Assembly (NCBI GenBank): GCA_051362555.1
Contig: CM120644.1
Span: 7,820,954-7,884,953 of the forward strand
DNA length: 64,000 bases
From: Lingula anatina
Taxonomy: Eukaryota; Animalia; Brachiopoda
Reading direction: 5' to 3'
Numbering within the stretch: position 1 is the first letter of the stretch; each line of letters starts with the position of its first letter. Under the pieces are notes generated by a model. That model was not told where the DNA came from. It was given only the letters and a program-made list of their open reading frames with translations, and searched no databases. Made by a program: the position numbers and the translations under genes. This document shows positions 27,270 through 40,867 of this stretch, one piece after another.

Positions 27270-27283
27270 CAGGGCCGTAGCCT

Positions 27284-27316
<33 letters not shown>

Positions 27317-27802
27317 GCTGCCCCCCCCCCCTGGGATTTGAGGTGCAAAAAAAAAAAATAATCTCAAAGGTAAAAATAATAACTGCAAAGTTGGTATCAA
27401 TTCTGTGGCCAGAACTCATGGCCACTAGACAATCTAGGCTAATCATTCAACAATCTGTTTACAAAGGTGTACTGTTTTTAGCCAACTCAGTTCATGCCAA
27501 AAAACTCGCCCTCCCTTAGGGACCTATCCCCCAGGCTGTTATCAGGTTATTGTTTACCCTGACTGTTTGCCCAACAAATCTGGGAGGGCTGTTTTGAAAA
27601 AATGACTGTACTTATGGCAAAATGAACCCACGATTTCTGACTTCTGATTGAGCAATAAATAACAGTTAAAACGCACCAGAATGCAGTATTATACATACAG
27701 TTTTTAAAAATTTTCCACACCGTGGGAGGGGCACACCCACACCCACGTCCCCCTCGTGTCCGCTTACTGCCCCCCTGGCATTTTGCTCAGGCTACGGCCC
27801 TG
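27270..27802. mobile_element. hAT-like MITE inserted 14 bp after the stop codon of copy 1
   Basis: TIRs CAGGGCCGTAGCC / GGCTACGGCCCTG, subterminal poly-G/poly-C; flanks GTGTT / GTGCT (possible 5-bp TSD, 1 mismatch); absent after the stop of copy 2. Confidence 0.8.
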
Positions 27803-28383
27803 GTGCTGCGTGTATTTTTGAAAGGGCACTTACTGGGGACTTTTCAGTTATCTATGCTGTTTGGAGGCCTGTTTGCAATGTTTAAATTTTATACGGTTTT
27901 CCATACCAATTGACAGTGGTAATTTTATTACAGACGCTCGCCACATTCTTCATTTAAAATGTATCGTTGATCAGGATGAAAGAATATTCTTTTCTTTTTT
28001 CGCCCTTTGCAAATGAAAAAAGGCCACAGCTTTGTGTCATAATAATACTTATAGCATGCGGCATTGGAAAATTTGAAAGTTTGACTTTCATCTGCTGGTA
28101 CTTTTGATGGGACACGTTCCATTCGGACATACTGGATACTACCCTGAGTGTCAGAGCAACGTAAAAATTAGCTTGCAAATATTAAATATACCTTGGAGTC
28201 ATTTTTACTAGGTATTGCTGATATGGGTTATATATGAAATCAAGATCGAGCTGGCAATACCGGAATCTAGAACCTAGGGTAACTGGATACAGGTTTATAT
28301 GTCAAATGTGCTATCTATATGGTTTTCTACACTAAAATTATGTCTGTTATGATAGAGACGATGACCATTAAGTTCAAATCTAT

Positions 28384-28619
28384 GACTCCGTTCACACGGA
28401 AAGTCTATTTTCTAAAAATATATTTTCTATTCGCGGTATCTTGTAATCACGGTCCCTGTGCCCTGATTATCCCGCAGCGTAATTACTGGCGGCGCGAGCC
28501 AGTTACTTCCAAAGCTGTAATTAATTCTCGGGGTATTCAGGGCACAGGGACCGTGATTACAAGATACCGCGAATAGAAAACAGATTTTTAGAAAATAGAC
28601 TTTCCATGTGAACCAAGCC
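28384..28619. mobile_element. PIF/Harbinger (Tourist-like) hairpin MITE
   Basis: ~90-bp inverted arms (GTTCACACGGAAAGTCTATTTTCTAAAAAT...GGTATCTTGTAATCACGGTCCCTGTGCCCTGA and its reverse complement); 3-bp TSD TAT; empty paralogous site TCAAATCTATATTTGATAAGGATG at ~40471. Confidence 0.85.
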
Positions 28620-29557
28620 TATATTTGATAAGGATGCAAATTTTATTCGTATATAAATTTGTTCTACAGCTACAATTTCCTGTCTTAACACGGTAAAGAG
28701 GCCTAAGATGTGTGCCTTAATCATAATATTTTACCAGCACGACTAATATCACGCAATTTTTGTTTTAAGTAAATAGCCTAAATAACTCATGACACATTGC
28801 GATAGAGAAGCCCCGACACAATCGACATCTTGATTTGACCATTAGAGTACTTCCTTAAAAGTGTGAACTTGGACCCAACGTGTGATGTGTCCTAGGTTTG
28901 ACAAACTCATACCTGGGGCAAGGGGAGGGGTGTGAGTGCTTCCCCACTGCTTTCAAAAGCAAAACGAGTTATCCCCTCCCCCATTCCGAAATTATGGAAA
29001 AAGTAAACACGTTTCCTATTGTAGGAGCTAGGGTCGCCCATACTTGTCCCATATAATTATGTAATAGTCTCTATGTGATATTGCTATTTGCAATACGCCA
29101 TGCTGTCGAGTTACGGGGCCCAGGCTGGATAGACTTGTTTGTTATATCCTGAATAAGCCACACCCGTGTCACATGACAGTGCGTGCATTATCAGCCATTG
29201 TCATTTAGGCCTACCGATAGGCTTATAAGATTATCTCCAAGGGCGCAAGGTGCACAAAGATCCGTTGTGACGGTAAGTTGTAGACGATATAACTACATGT
29301 ACCATGGAGGTACCTGAATGGATGGTGCTTCTTTACAAATATCTTAAATCATCGATGGAGTTCTTCGATGAATTAGAAAGATGATTGTGTTTTCTTCAGG
29401 AGGTAGGGCCTATTTTGTCATTGATCTTAGCCAGTGAAATATAACTTAGTTGTTCCAATCGCATTCATTCCATGTTTTAAGCACAGATTCACCCGTGTGC
29501 ATACACACATGAACTGACAAGAGCACACACCCCTTCGCTCATAAGCACAAGAACAAG

Positions 29558-30004
29558 TTGATAAAATTGAATCCATCCAGATTAGAGCATGTAAGATTAT
29601 ATTCCCAGAGCTGCCCTACGATAGGGCATGTTTTGAAACATGGAAACTTATCACTCTTGCTTGTAGAAGAGATGAATGATCCTTAACGATATTGCATAAC
29701 ATGTACAATTTACTCTGAAGGGCACAAAATCCATCATTTGCTGCCAGAGATAAATGAAAGTTCCTATACTTTGCGCCGGGTTTATAAGTACACTGTGCCA
29801 AAATTGAGGACTGTACGGTCGTCAAAAACTTTTATCCCATGGGCTTTATCAAATTTTAAGAACTGAGGTTTTTATAAACTTTTAATGTGTATCGAATCAT
29901 TTTAACACTTACAAGTATATTTTAAGATTGTGCATCTCACGTCTATTTGCTTTTATTGTAAAATCCAACTTTTTAAGTTGCAAATAAATACATCTTATTA
30001 TTAT
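29558..30004 (+). mobile_element. 5'-truncated LINE (RT C-terminal fragment, CR1/L2-group-like)
   Basis: Translates as IESIQIRACKIIFPELPYDRAC... and ...FIPWALSNF; AATAAA then (TTA)n tail; 9-bp TSD AAGAACAAG; empty site upstream of copy 1 at ~24280. Confidence 0.8.
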
Positions 30005-30025
30005 AAGAACAAGCTCGCGCGTGCG

Positions 30026-30059
<34 letters not shown>

Positions 30060-30467
30060 ACTACGATACATAGCTCTCCGATCGGCAAGGGCGACAGTGT
30101 CGTCTTCTGACCTGTAGTTTGTTGAACGAGGATATAAAACTGGCAGTAACTGGCATATGTGACCTGAATTTCTCTTAATTTTCGCCCTCGGTGATCATTT
30201 CAGAAAAGGACGCCCCCCCCCCTTTCCCCTGAGGGTACTAATGAATTTGTGACATTATTATATCATTCTAAAGAGAAACTTGAATACACTGCAGCTCGTG
30301 AAATGTTGAAAAGGAGATAGACAAACATCGGAAACATGGCGGGATGTACTGCTACTAAGATTGAGTCACTGCTTAAATAGAGCATTATATTATTTAGGAG
30401 CTTAATAACATGAGCGTTTTGAACTTATTAGTTTTTCATTACAGGGCTTTTACACATCTATAACGAG

Positions 30468-33400
30468 ATGGAAACCTTGGGAAAATTTGGCTCTCTTCAA
30501 ACCAGTTATTACCACAGCCCGCTGTCCACTGCTGCTGCCTACGTCACGCTGCCTGAGGTTTTCGATTCCACGGCGACCAGGCTGCCCACCAAGACTGCCG
30601 TGGTGGTATACCAGAGTCGAGACAACAGAGAATGCCTGACATTTGCTGAACTGCAGGTAAATCGTACGCTGAAAAAAAATGCCGTGACAAAACAATTAAA
30701 AGGAGAAAGATGAAGAACAACTATTATTTCTGTCTTCTTTAATCAATTTTCAAAAAAAAAAAAAAAAAAAAAACGTTTGAAATGTGCCATATCTTTGTTA
30801 ATGAATTATTTTGTTTCTTTTAAGAATTAATAAAAAATAGATCATATGTAGAAATGGTTTATATTTCTTATTTTCATTTCACCTTCTGATCGCTAATCAA
30901 CCACTTATTTCTTTTTTCATCCAGAACCAATCCAAGACCCTAGCACTAGCTCTGACGCAACGCGGATATGCTCGCGGTGACCGCGTGGCCTTTTTCGCGC
31001 CAAATTGCATCGAATACTTCAACATCCAGTTAGCACTGAGTCGCATCGGCTGCAATATTTTCCTCCTTAGCAACCTGAGCACCCTCGAGTCTGACGTGTG
31101 GCAATACAAGTGTCGTGCCCTGTTTATGTACATAAAAAACGAAGAAGAGGTGGACATTTGCAGAAAGTTAGTCGACAGAAAATCTCGCGAGAGTGTGGAA
31201 AAAGACGTGATCATCTTTGGTCCAAAATGTGACGTCACCATGGCGGGGACCGTGCCCCTGGCCAGCGTCATGGCTGCAGGAGCGGGACATGACTGGGATG
31301 ACGTCAAAATTAAAGGTGGAGATGTGGGGCCAAACCCGGATGACCCTTACTGCGTCTTCTTAACATCGGGTTCTACGGGTAAACCCAAAGGAGTCCAGTA
31401 CACCCATATCAAGTACCTACACCATTGCAGAGTGCTGCATTCAACGGCTATAACGGAAGACAGCTGCTTCTTCAACGACCGCCCTGTGACTTGGCTGGGC
31501 GGTAGTATGACCTTGCTTAGTATGTCGGTGTTTGGAGCGACAGGAGTGACGGTGAATTCTGCTCTGGTGGTCGGCGGGGGAGACATGGATTTTGTAATTG
31601 GAGTCATGAAGCGGGAGGTGTGTACAGAAGCATTGATTATGTATTATTTCATGGTGGATCTTCTACGTCGATATAACCCGGAAATTCACGCGATGCCCTC
31701 TCTACGACATATCTTAACAGGGGGCCAGAGGATGGATGTGGGCGTCTTAAAGAAGATTCAGACTCTATTGCCACACGTTGAGTATATCGTGGATAGTTAC
31801 GGTTAGTTATATCACCAATTGTTGAAAGATGCGTTTGTCTATTCATTTTTAATTATATCTATTTTTTTTCTTTTTTTAATCATTCATCTAATCATAATCA
31901 GAGTAATTTCTTCTTAAAGACAATATTTATTCAAAAGTATACCCTGTGTATTTTATCCACACTGTACGTACCAACCAACGTGTGTAGTTATTTTTGTCAC
32001 TTGTATGTTTTCCGCAGAGTCACTTTTGTTAAGGATTGGAGATTTGGGGAATGGTCAGACCAAATTTCCCATCGTCTTTGATAAGATAAGATAAGAGTTT
32101 ATGTAGCCAATTATAAAAATCGGAAATCATTTTCCTTTTGAAGCAATATACAGAGTAAAATAATAGAATAATACAATAAATAAATAAATTATGAATTTAG
32201 TTTTGAGATCAAATTAAAATGCGTTACTGCACTTGGATAAAAGCTGTTTAAAAAGCGTTTACTGCCTTTAAAAGTTAAAAGTCTACTGTTGCTTGGTAAA
32301 AACGTAAAAAGTGATTATGCAGGATGGAAAGAGTCTTCCGTGGTGTTGACAATTCTTTTCTCCATTCTGTCTTTAAAAGTGTCATCCAGCTTGGGGAGTT
32401 CCTGCCCGATAATCTAACTTGCAGTTTTTACAACGTTTGTTAGTTTCTTCCTTTCCTCCCCAGCTGTCCCGCTATACCATATTATAATTCCGTGCGCCAG
32501 AATGCTTTCAATTACACACCTGTAACACACACCGGGGTTTGTGCATAAATACGGGGTTATCCCCCTCCAGTTGATCACCCAAAAACCATAACGGTATATT
32601 TCAGTACTGGAAATGTTGACAAGGTACGGAAACACCTGAGAATCACCAAACGGTGCCTTTATTAGTCGGGTTATGGGTGAGGGTAAGATTAAAGTGGGTA
32701 GTCACATTCTTTCGAATGCATCTCACAGGACCAGAGGCTCGACAGAAGGTAATTTGGCAAGAGGGCTGATACACAAGTAAATGTGTAACCCGTCCTCCTA
32801 AAACAATAAATATGATATCAACCCTGTACGGTCTATTTGGTAAATGGAATCTGATGTTTTTACAGGGTCTGCTGAGTGCGGCCTTGTTTCAGTCGCCCGG
32901 TGTTGCAACACCTACATGGCTTCTGATGGTGAGGAGATTTTCGACGGCTTTGAAGTGAGAATCGTCGACGAAAACCACCGAGACGTCCCTCGCGGAACCT
33001 GCGGCGAAATCTGCGTGCGTTCGCCGACCATCTACGCCAACTGCTACGTGGACAACGAGAAAGCATCCAAGGCAGTAATTGACAACGCTGGATGGTATTG
33101 CACCGGGGACATCGGGGTTATCGGCCCAGACGGGAGACTTGCGATAAGCGGCCGCAAGGATGACATGATAAAGCGAGCGACGGTTAAAATATTTCCTGTC
33201 GATATTGAGCCGATACTCAAGCAACATTCTGCCATAAAAGATGTCGTGGTGATAGGCGTGCCTGATGATCGGTTAGGGGAGGAAATCTGCGCATGTGTCA
33301 TACTAGATGATGCGTCCTCATTGGCTGACGTAAAGAGTTGGTGTAAAGAGCAGTTTTCTGTCGGACCTGATGGCCTATCAATAGCGCCTGTGTTATATGT

Positions 33401-33488
33401 GCAGTTTTCTCAATTTCCCACGACTTCCTCAGGGAAAACTGACAGACGTTTAGTGAAACAGGCGGCACTGGAAATTTTGAAAGTTTGA
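30468..33488 (+). CDS. ANL-superfamily adenylate-forming enzyme, copy 2, clade A, 562 aa
   Basis: Exons 30468-30656, 30925-31801, 32866-33488 (same lengths as copy 1); intact frame with LTSGSTGKPKG, YGSAE, TGDIG, GRKDDMIK, PTTSSGK. Confidence 0.92.
32081..32537 (-). mobile_element. 5'-truncated Rex1/Babar-like LINE in intron 2 of copy 2
   Basis: Minus strand YRCVIESILAHGIIIWYSG...RKKLTNVVKTAS*IIGQELP...DSFHP...FLPS...RFLNSFYPSA resembles the Rex1-type post-RT domain; (CTTAT)n tail; TTTG direct repeat; absent from the same intron of copy 1 (~26303). Confidence 0.8.
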
Positions 33489-33942
33489 CCTTCACCTGTA
33501 TTTTATTTTATCAGAGACGTTGGGCACATTCTTTATTTGAAATGTATCTTTGATAAGAGTGCAAGACATTTTATTTCATTTTTAGCTCTTTCAAGTATAC
33601 AAAAGACCGCTGCTTTGTGTAATGATAATAATAAATACACCAGTACCAGTACCAATACGTAGTGTTTAAAGAAAATCCTTGATTACATTTGCCATGCGAT
33701 GTCCGCACGGTGCTTGCTTACTGCGCATAATGTACTTTTCTTAACGGCGTTTGAGCGACGGCAGACTGTGGTCGTGCGAAATAGTATGGAATCGTACAGA
33801 TTTTCGACATTCGTACATGTAGCCTAGCTGAATCTTTTAACATTTTTTAATGGTTAGCCTGTATACCGTAGCAATATAGAGATGGCATTGCACTATTCCC
33901 GCATTGTACCCGGTACGGTAGACTTGCGGTTATCTTAAATTT

Positions 33943-34493
33943 CAGGCCTACCCAACTACTAGACTCGGCACGTAAGGATCCTGAATTAACCTGTATATCG
34001 GACCAATCTACCCGTTTTCAAGGTGTGTGTCAGATCGCATTTCGGAGTATCATACCCCAGGACAAATTTTGTAGCACGACTGCGGGCTCATCCACGCTCG
34101 GCTGAACAACCATAAACTGTACTCTTACTTTAGAGTACTCTATTTTATTGTCTCTGTGGGGATAAATGGGGACTTAACGACGTTCGGTTTGAATGTTTTA
34201 CCCACTTTTGATAGGGCGTTTTTTGCATTGTATTAGATTAATGTGGCAGCCTAAGGTTCATCTAGGAGGCTTTCAAATTTATGCACCCGGTTTTAAAATC
34301 ATATAGCGAATTACGACAATCGTTTACTATCCATTCAAGGTGACAGCCGAGCATGCCAGGGCTCATCCTGTCGGTGTTCTGGCTGATACTCCGAAATGCG
34401 ATCTGAAACACACCTTGAAAACGGGTAGTGTGGCCCGATATACCGGTTAATTCAGGATCCTTAGGTGCTGAGTCTGGTAGTTGGGTAGGCCTG
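33943..34493. mobile_element. Non-autonomous DNA transposon, family B (~110-bp TIRs)
   Basis: CAGGCCTACCCAACTACTAGACTCGGCAC...TTCAAGGTGTGTGTCAGATCGCATTTCGGAGTATCA and its reverse complement at the right end; flanks AATTT / AATTC; second copy at 63308. Confidence 0.85.
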
Positions 34494-35176
34494 AATTCTA
34501 TTTTATGTATTTCTACTGAGAAAAATATTTAAATGATGAACCATTTTGTATAACATCCAAGGCGTGTTACACGTACCATAATTGTGGAGGTCTACAATAA
34601 ATGTATATTAGAAAAAAAGAAAAAAATCCGTGCCATTTTCAATTTTTTTCTCACGAAAAACACAATAATTTTTTGGCCTGAGAGGGAAGTTTTCTTTGAG
34701 ACCTTCCAGCATTACTTTCTTTGCCGTGGCTCCGTGGTGCTTCCCAGCAAACACTGGTATGTGGGGTACAGTTCTAGTAATTGAAATGCAATACTTTTTG
34801 ACAGAAAATTCAATAGTGTCTGAAAATGTCCCTTGATTTTAATATCAATATTTAAATATTAGAAGAAATTAGTATTTTAAAGTAAAAAAAAATAAAATCT
34901 TACACTTTGTCTCTCTAAGTTACATAAATTAAAACTATATTGTTTCGTTTGGTTTGGTTAAACGTTTTAAAATTATTTGACGTTATTCGGCGCTAAAGAT
35001 GTCTCATTAAAATGGAAGCTCACTTGTAAGGTTAGTTATCAATAAAAGGAAATGGTCAAATTCATGTAGGGTTTGAAAAGGAAGAATTTAAAACACAAGG
35101 AAATCAATTTTAAATGGCATTTCAGATAAAAAATAAATACACTGTAGGACAACCCAAACGAGCAACAAGCGTGTCA

Positions 35177-35345
35177 GTGTTGACGAAGCAGATGGAAAAT
35201 CGCGATGAGCGGACATAAAGATGACTTGCTAAAAAGAGCGACAGTTAAAATATCCCCTGGCGATATTGAGCAGAAACTCAAGCATTCTTTCACAAAAGGT
35301 GCGTCTGATGATGGGTTACATCGGCGCGTCTGATGATGGGTTACA
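35177..35345 (+). pseudogene. Decayed exon-3 fragment of a clade A ANL enzyme
   Basis: gcgatgagcggacataaagatgacttgctaaaaagagcgacagttaaaatatcccctggcgatattgagc matches the GRKDDMIKRATVKIFPVDIE coding sequence of copies 1/2 with substitutions and flanking indels. Confidence 0.8.
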
Positions 35346-36834
35346 AGGGGGTTGAACTCTCAAGAACGCGGTAACTTGAGTAGGTTGATATTTTTGGTGC
35401 TTTGTCTCTCGTTCACATAATACATTTAAAATGATATTTGCACCAAGTTACTACACATCGTGTCTTTCTCCCTCCCAAATGCGCCCATAGAATATAGCAC
35501 GATGCTGAGCTTACAAATGCCCCGATTTCGTGAACCTTTCAGTGCACGCTTTATAGTATGATGCAAAAATCGTCATTACGCAGTCGAGTCACATTTGTTG
35601 GTTTTCAACCATGATTCAACTCGTCTAGCTCGATATAGTCTTACAGCTAGTAATTTCTCGTTCAGTAGACTTATGCTGTTAGGCCCGCAGCTGGTTGACT
35701 GGGTTATAGCTGGCTCGATACCCTGTAATGCAAGATGTCAACTTGAGAGAACTGGGAAGACGTGAATACATCGCCTGCACTTTACCTGCAAGGTAAATAA
35801 CAAGTACATGTATGTATATACACTGTGTCCTTTACGGAGATTTCTCTGATGAAAGAGGTATACCTATAGGTATAAGTAAATGATTTATATCTAGGTAGTG
35901 ACACCATAATAAAGTTAATTAGAATGGATCATAATGATGGCCATCGAGTTAATACACAGCTAAAAGCACTCATCCAGACTTCATGAAAGAGGGAGAGACT
36001 GCATGATGACATGGATAAAGACAAGAAGATCTACAGCCCAGCTGGATAGGCCTGGAACTTGGTTTATTTCTATAATACATTAACAGAAAATTATGCCCAC
36101 GATTAGCAATGAAATGGTGCCTATTTTAATATTTGGCATTTATTTTTTAATATTAGAATTATAAAATGGCACTCAGAGTGAATGCTGTAAATTTTATGCT
36201 CTAGATATTCTATTTTAAGCTCTGAATGCTGAGGTTTATGTAACATTGGTGTCAGGCGCATCAATAATTACATAGGTACACAAAGAATACATGTCGGAGG
36301 GTTCTTTATCATAAATATAAATCCAACTGAATGATTGTCGAAAAAACCCCGTGAAATCATGCATGTTCGTGTGTTAAGTAAAGAGGAGTTCGAAAACAGC
36401 AGAAATCAATATGGTTTGTGGCAAAGGTAAAAGGTAGCGTTTTGTTTGATTTAGTAAAAACACAGCAATTCACCGGAGTAAAGATGTCTGAAGGGAGAAT
36501 TATGATCAGTCGCTACCGTTCTTCAGTAAAACACATTTGTAAAACAAAGGATTTGAACTTATTTAACATTGGCAAAAATAAATAAATAGATAAAATTCAG
36601 AAAATATAAAGTAAATAACAATAGCAAATAATTGACCCTCACAGAAGGCAAAAAATTGACTACAAAAAATGCAACTAAAAGCCGTTCTTGCAACATATTT
36701 TTTTCATGCATGTCCAATATGTATCACCAGCTGCATTTTATTTGCACAAAAATAATTACACTTTCTCTTTCAAAATCTTGACACATTTTAATCTAATAAA
36801 ATGCATTCAATTTCAGAATTTACAAGATTGAGCT

Positions 36835-38823
36835 ATGGAGCGGGTGGGAAAGCTTTACTCCTATAAAACAAGTTACCGCCATACCCCGCTGTCGACTCCC
36901 GCCGCCTACGTCACTCTACCGGAAGTCTTTGACTCCACCGCGGACCGACTGCCCACCAAGACCGCCAGGCAGCAGAGAGAATGTCTGACTTTTGCCGAAC
37001 TTCAGGTATACCGGGCTCATGCTCTTAATAATTTAAAAATTTTTATTTGTATTTTTTTAAATTTAAATTTGCTTCTTACACCCCATTTCCATAGATTAGA
37101 TCGACCTACTTTAGATCGACCTAACTCCCTGGGGGTTCACGCTAAATAGCTGTCAGCCGGGCGGACACGAAAGTTAATTATCCCCTTACAGCTTGTAGTA
37201 GGCGGGACGGACATTTAAGTCGGATTATCTGAAAGAAATCTAGTGAGACTCCCCGCGGGGATAGATCGATCTAAAATCTATGGGAATAGAGCCTTAGTGT
37301 TTCTACAGACTAATTGAATTCCACACATTTTGAAATTTGGCACTTGATCCCGTTTGAAATATGCATGTATTCACAGTTTATTAACATTGGGACGTAGCTG
37401 AAACTAGCTTAAAATAAGATGTGCCCACTAAGGGAGTGCTCTCAGATGTAAAGGAAACTATGTGGTCGGAAAGAAACATCAAGATAAAATGGTGCATTCC
37501 TGTATCTTCTGGACTCAGTTTTTCTCACTTTCATAAGTCACACATTGCAATTTCTCCTGCGCACAGGCACAGCGTATCCATGAGCGCAACATTGGCTACT
37601 TGTATGCCCAAAAAACATTAGAATTAAGAAAAAATTCACTCTCTGGGGCCTTAAGTGATTTTTTTTTTTTTTTTTTTTTTTTTTTGCAAGTAATATAAAA
37701 TAAATCAGTGAAGGAACAAATCATCGTTTTTCAAGAACAGTTGAACAAAATGAACAGAAAATAACTGAAAATGAGTAGAAAGTGCTATATTAACCATTTA
37801 AGGCCTCAGATAGAGTCGCACAACTTAAACTCAATAAAAGGTACTATTTTACGATTTTATATTACCTTTATTGTTTTGCAGAAACAGTCCAAGGTTTTGG
37901 CTACGTTACTGCTGCAGCGTGATTATTCATTTGGTGATCGCGTGGCTTTTTTCGCGCCAAACTGCATTGAATATTTTTCTGTTCAGCTGGCACTGAGTAG
38001 AATTGGGTGCAACGCGTTTCTCCTCAGCAACTTGGCCACCCTTGAAGATGACGTTTGGCAATACAGATGCCGTGCTCTGATAATGTACATAAAAACCGAC
38101 GAAGAGGTGGATGTGTGCAGAAGGATACTGGCCCGAAGATCACGCGAGAACGTGGATAAAGACATCATCATCTTTGGTCCAAAAAGTGACTTCATCACCT
38201 CTGGTCCAAAATCTAACGTCACCACTGAGGGCAATGTGACCCTCAGCAGCGTCTTTTCAGCAGGAGAGGGACAGAACTGGGAGGACGTCGTGGCGAAAAA
38301 GGGATTTGTTGCACCAAACCCAGAGGATCCACTTTGGGTTTTATTCACGTCTGGTTCCACAGGTGAACCCAAGGGAGTCCAGTACACCCATTGCAAGTTC
38401 CTACACCAACGCCCCTTTCCGGACACAGTGGAAATGGGGGATGACAGCTGTTTCTTCAACGACCGGCCGATGACTTGGTTTGGGGGCAGCATGATGTTGC
38501 TCGGTATGGCGGCGTTTGGAACGACGGGGGTTACAGTGAATTCTGCTCTTATGGTCGGCGGTGGAGACGTGGATTATGTCATTGAAATCCTGGAGAGGGA
38601 AGAATGTACGCATGCAGTGATGCTGAACTATTTCTTGGTTGATCTTGCCGCCTGTTTCAATCACTCGGTTCATTCGGTGCCTTCTCTCCGGCACATTTTA
38701 ACAGGGGGTCAAAGAATGAAGCAGGATGTCTTGAAGAAGATAATATATATACTGACTAACTTGGAAGATGTGGCAGAATGCTACGGTATGAAAACTCTCC
38801 CTCCCCCATCTTCCTGCTACTCT

Positions 38824-38859
<36 letters not shown>

Positions 38860-39626
38860 CTCTCTCTGTTTGTTGCTATACATAAATTTGTCGATTGTTT
38901 TATACGTAACATTTGAACAGCACACACAAACACACATGCCCGCACACACACGAACATCTTTTTAATGTTGAAAAATAGTGAGTACAGATCTATTTCAATA
39001 ACAGGTATGACAGAGGTGGGTTTGATTGCAAGCACCATGTGTAACAAGACATACAGTGGCCAAGACTTGGAGGACATTTACAAAGGTATTGAAGTGAGAA
39101 TCGTCGACGAAAACCACCGAGACGTCCCTCGTGGAACCAGCGGCGAAATAAGCGTGCGTTCGCCGACCATCTACGCCAATTGCTACGTGGACAACGAAAG
39201 AACTTCTCGAGAAGCGTTTGATGCAACTGGTTGGTTCTGTACTGGTGATATCGGTGTTATGAACTTGACTGGCAGGATAACAATCAGCGGACGTAAAGAT
39301 GACATGATCAAACGAGCGTCTGTTAAACTATTTCCTGCCGAAATCGAGGCAATCCTCAAACAACACCATGCTGTCAAAGATGTCGTTGTCATTGGTGCAC
39401 CGGACGTTCGGTTTGGTGAGGAAATTTGCGCGTGCGTCATTCTTGATGAAATGTCTTCACCTGCTGACGTTAAAGAGTGGTGTAAAGAAGAGTTTCCCAT
39501 TGGACGTGACGGTTTGTCTCTTGCACCGGCTTATATGTCACCTTTCGCGAATTTTCTACTACTAGTAATGGGAAAACCAACCGAAGATTGATCAAGCAAA
39601 CGGCTTTGGAAAAGCTCCAATCGTAG
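36835..39626 (+). pseudogene. ANL-superfamily enzyme copy 3, clade B, frameshifted near the C-terminus (pseudogene or assembly indel)
   Basis: Exons 36835-37005 (18-nt in-frame deletion of AVVYQS), 37882-38785, 39005-39626. A 1-nt deletion at ~39533 (gcttatatgtc versus gcttactatgtc in copies 5/6) shifts the frame before the TTSNGK motif, giving a stop at 39591; ancestral TAG at 39624-39626. Confidence 0.8.
37081..37288 (-). mobile_element. MITE family A, reverse orientation, in intron 1 of copy 3
   Basis: Reverse complement of the 4321-4527 element; not present in intron 1 of copies 4-6. Confidence 0.85.
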
Positions 39627-40044
39627 GCTTACTTCATTAATAGTGAATAATAAATGATGTTTATTGCTTAAAGGAACAGAAGGCCAATTTTTAAAGCAAT
39701 ATAGCAAATAGTAGATATTGAAAATCAAAATCGGCGCCCCTTTTCAGAGAATGTGCTTATTTTGTACGTGAGACGTTAAAAATAAAAAAAAAACATTTTT
39801 GAAAAAAAAAAAAAAAAAAAAAACACCCAAAATCCGTAAAAGAAAAGTTACCTCTGGAACTAAACTACATAACAATTCTATAGGAACAAATGAATCCATG
39901 TATCTACTACAAAACTGCAACTTGAAGATAATAAAAAATGTGTATTATTATGTTATAATAAGAAGCAAATAATAGTGAATGTTCTAAACCCACCATTACG
40001 GTAACGTTTATTTATATCATATGTAAAAACATCATTACTATATA

Positions 40045-40248
40045 AGGAAATATGCGCATGTGTCATTCTAGATGATGTGTCTTCATTGGTTATCATTTAG
40101 AGTTGTAAAAAAAAGTTTTCTGTTGAAACTGATCGCTTGTCAGTGGCGCCAATGTTATGCATGCAGTTATTCTGTGTCCAACGACTGCTACTGTGAAACT
40201 AAAAAACGTTTAGTGAAACAGGCGGCATCGTAAATAATGAAAGGTTGA
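40045..40248 (+). pseudogene. Decayed 3' end of a clade A ANL enzyme
   Basis: ggaaatatgcgcatgtgtcattctagatgatgtgtcttcattgg...cgtttagtgaaacaggcggca...aaaggttga matches EICACVILDD...RLVKQAALE.LKV* of copies 1/2. Confidence 0.85.
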
Positions 40249-40867
40249 CTTTCATTTACTGGTATTTTTGATGGGACACGTGCCATTCAGACAGTTATAC
40301 TGGATACAGGCTTATATATCAAATGTGCTTTCTATATTGTTTTCTACACTAAAATGATGACCCTTATAAGAGACGACAGCCATAAACTTAATTGTACATT
40401 TGATAGGGATGCAAGACAATATTCACTGTTCTACAGCTGCAATTTCCTTTTCAGATTAACATACTTTATTTCAAATCTATATTTGATAAGGATGTAAGAT
40501 ATTTTTCATATAAGTTCTTCTACAGCTACAATTTTCCCCCTTGAAACAGCGAAAAGACCTCAGATATGTGCTTAATCATAAAACATTTTACCAGTACAAG
40601 TAATATCACACAATTCATATTCTAAGTATATGCTAGCTGTATAGCCTATTTGTTGTGCTATATTTTCCTGCAAATTCTGTAGCTGTCACTTTCCATCAGT
40701 GGATTTCATCCTTTCTATCACACGTATTTCTAAAAGCTAGATAAATGGCAAATGCTTACTGCTAGTATACTATTTCATAAGTGAGAGATTGAGCATTTTG
40801 AGTAGATGGCTCGTATCAAAAACGTGAGTAGCATGTGTAACAAAATAAAAAAGTCTTCATCCAATGC

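Noticed and set aside
27240-27519. Poly-Gly / poly-Pro ORFs
   Set aside because: Produced by the poly-G tract of a MITE; homopolymer length is also unreliable.
24775-33488. Array as an assembly artefact (uncollapsed haplotypes)
   Set aside because: Copies differ by many substitutions and by copy-specific transposon insertions, and six copies exceed two alleles; copies 1 and 2 are the closest pair and still merit a read-depth check.
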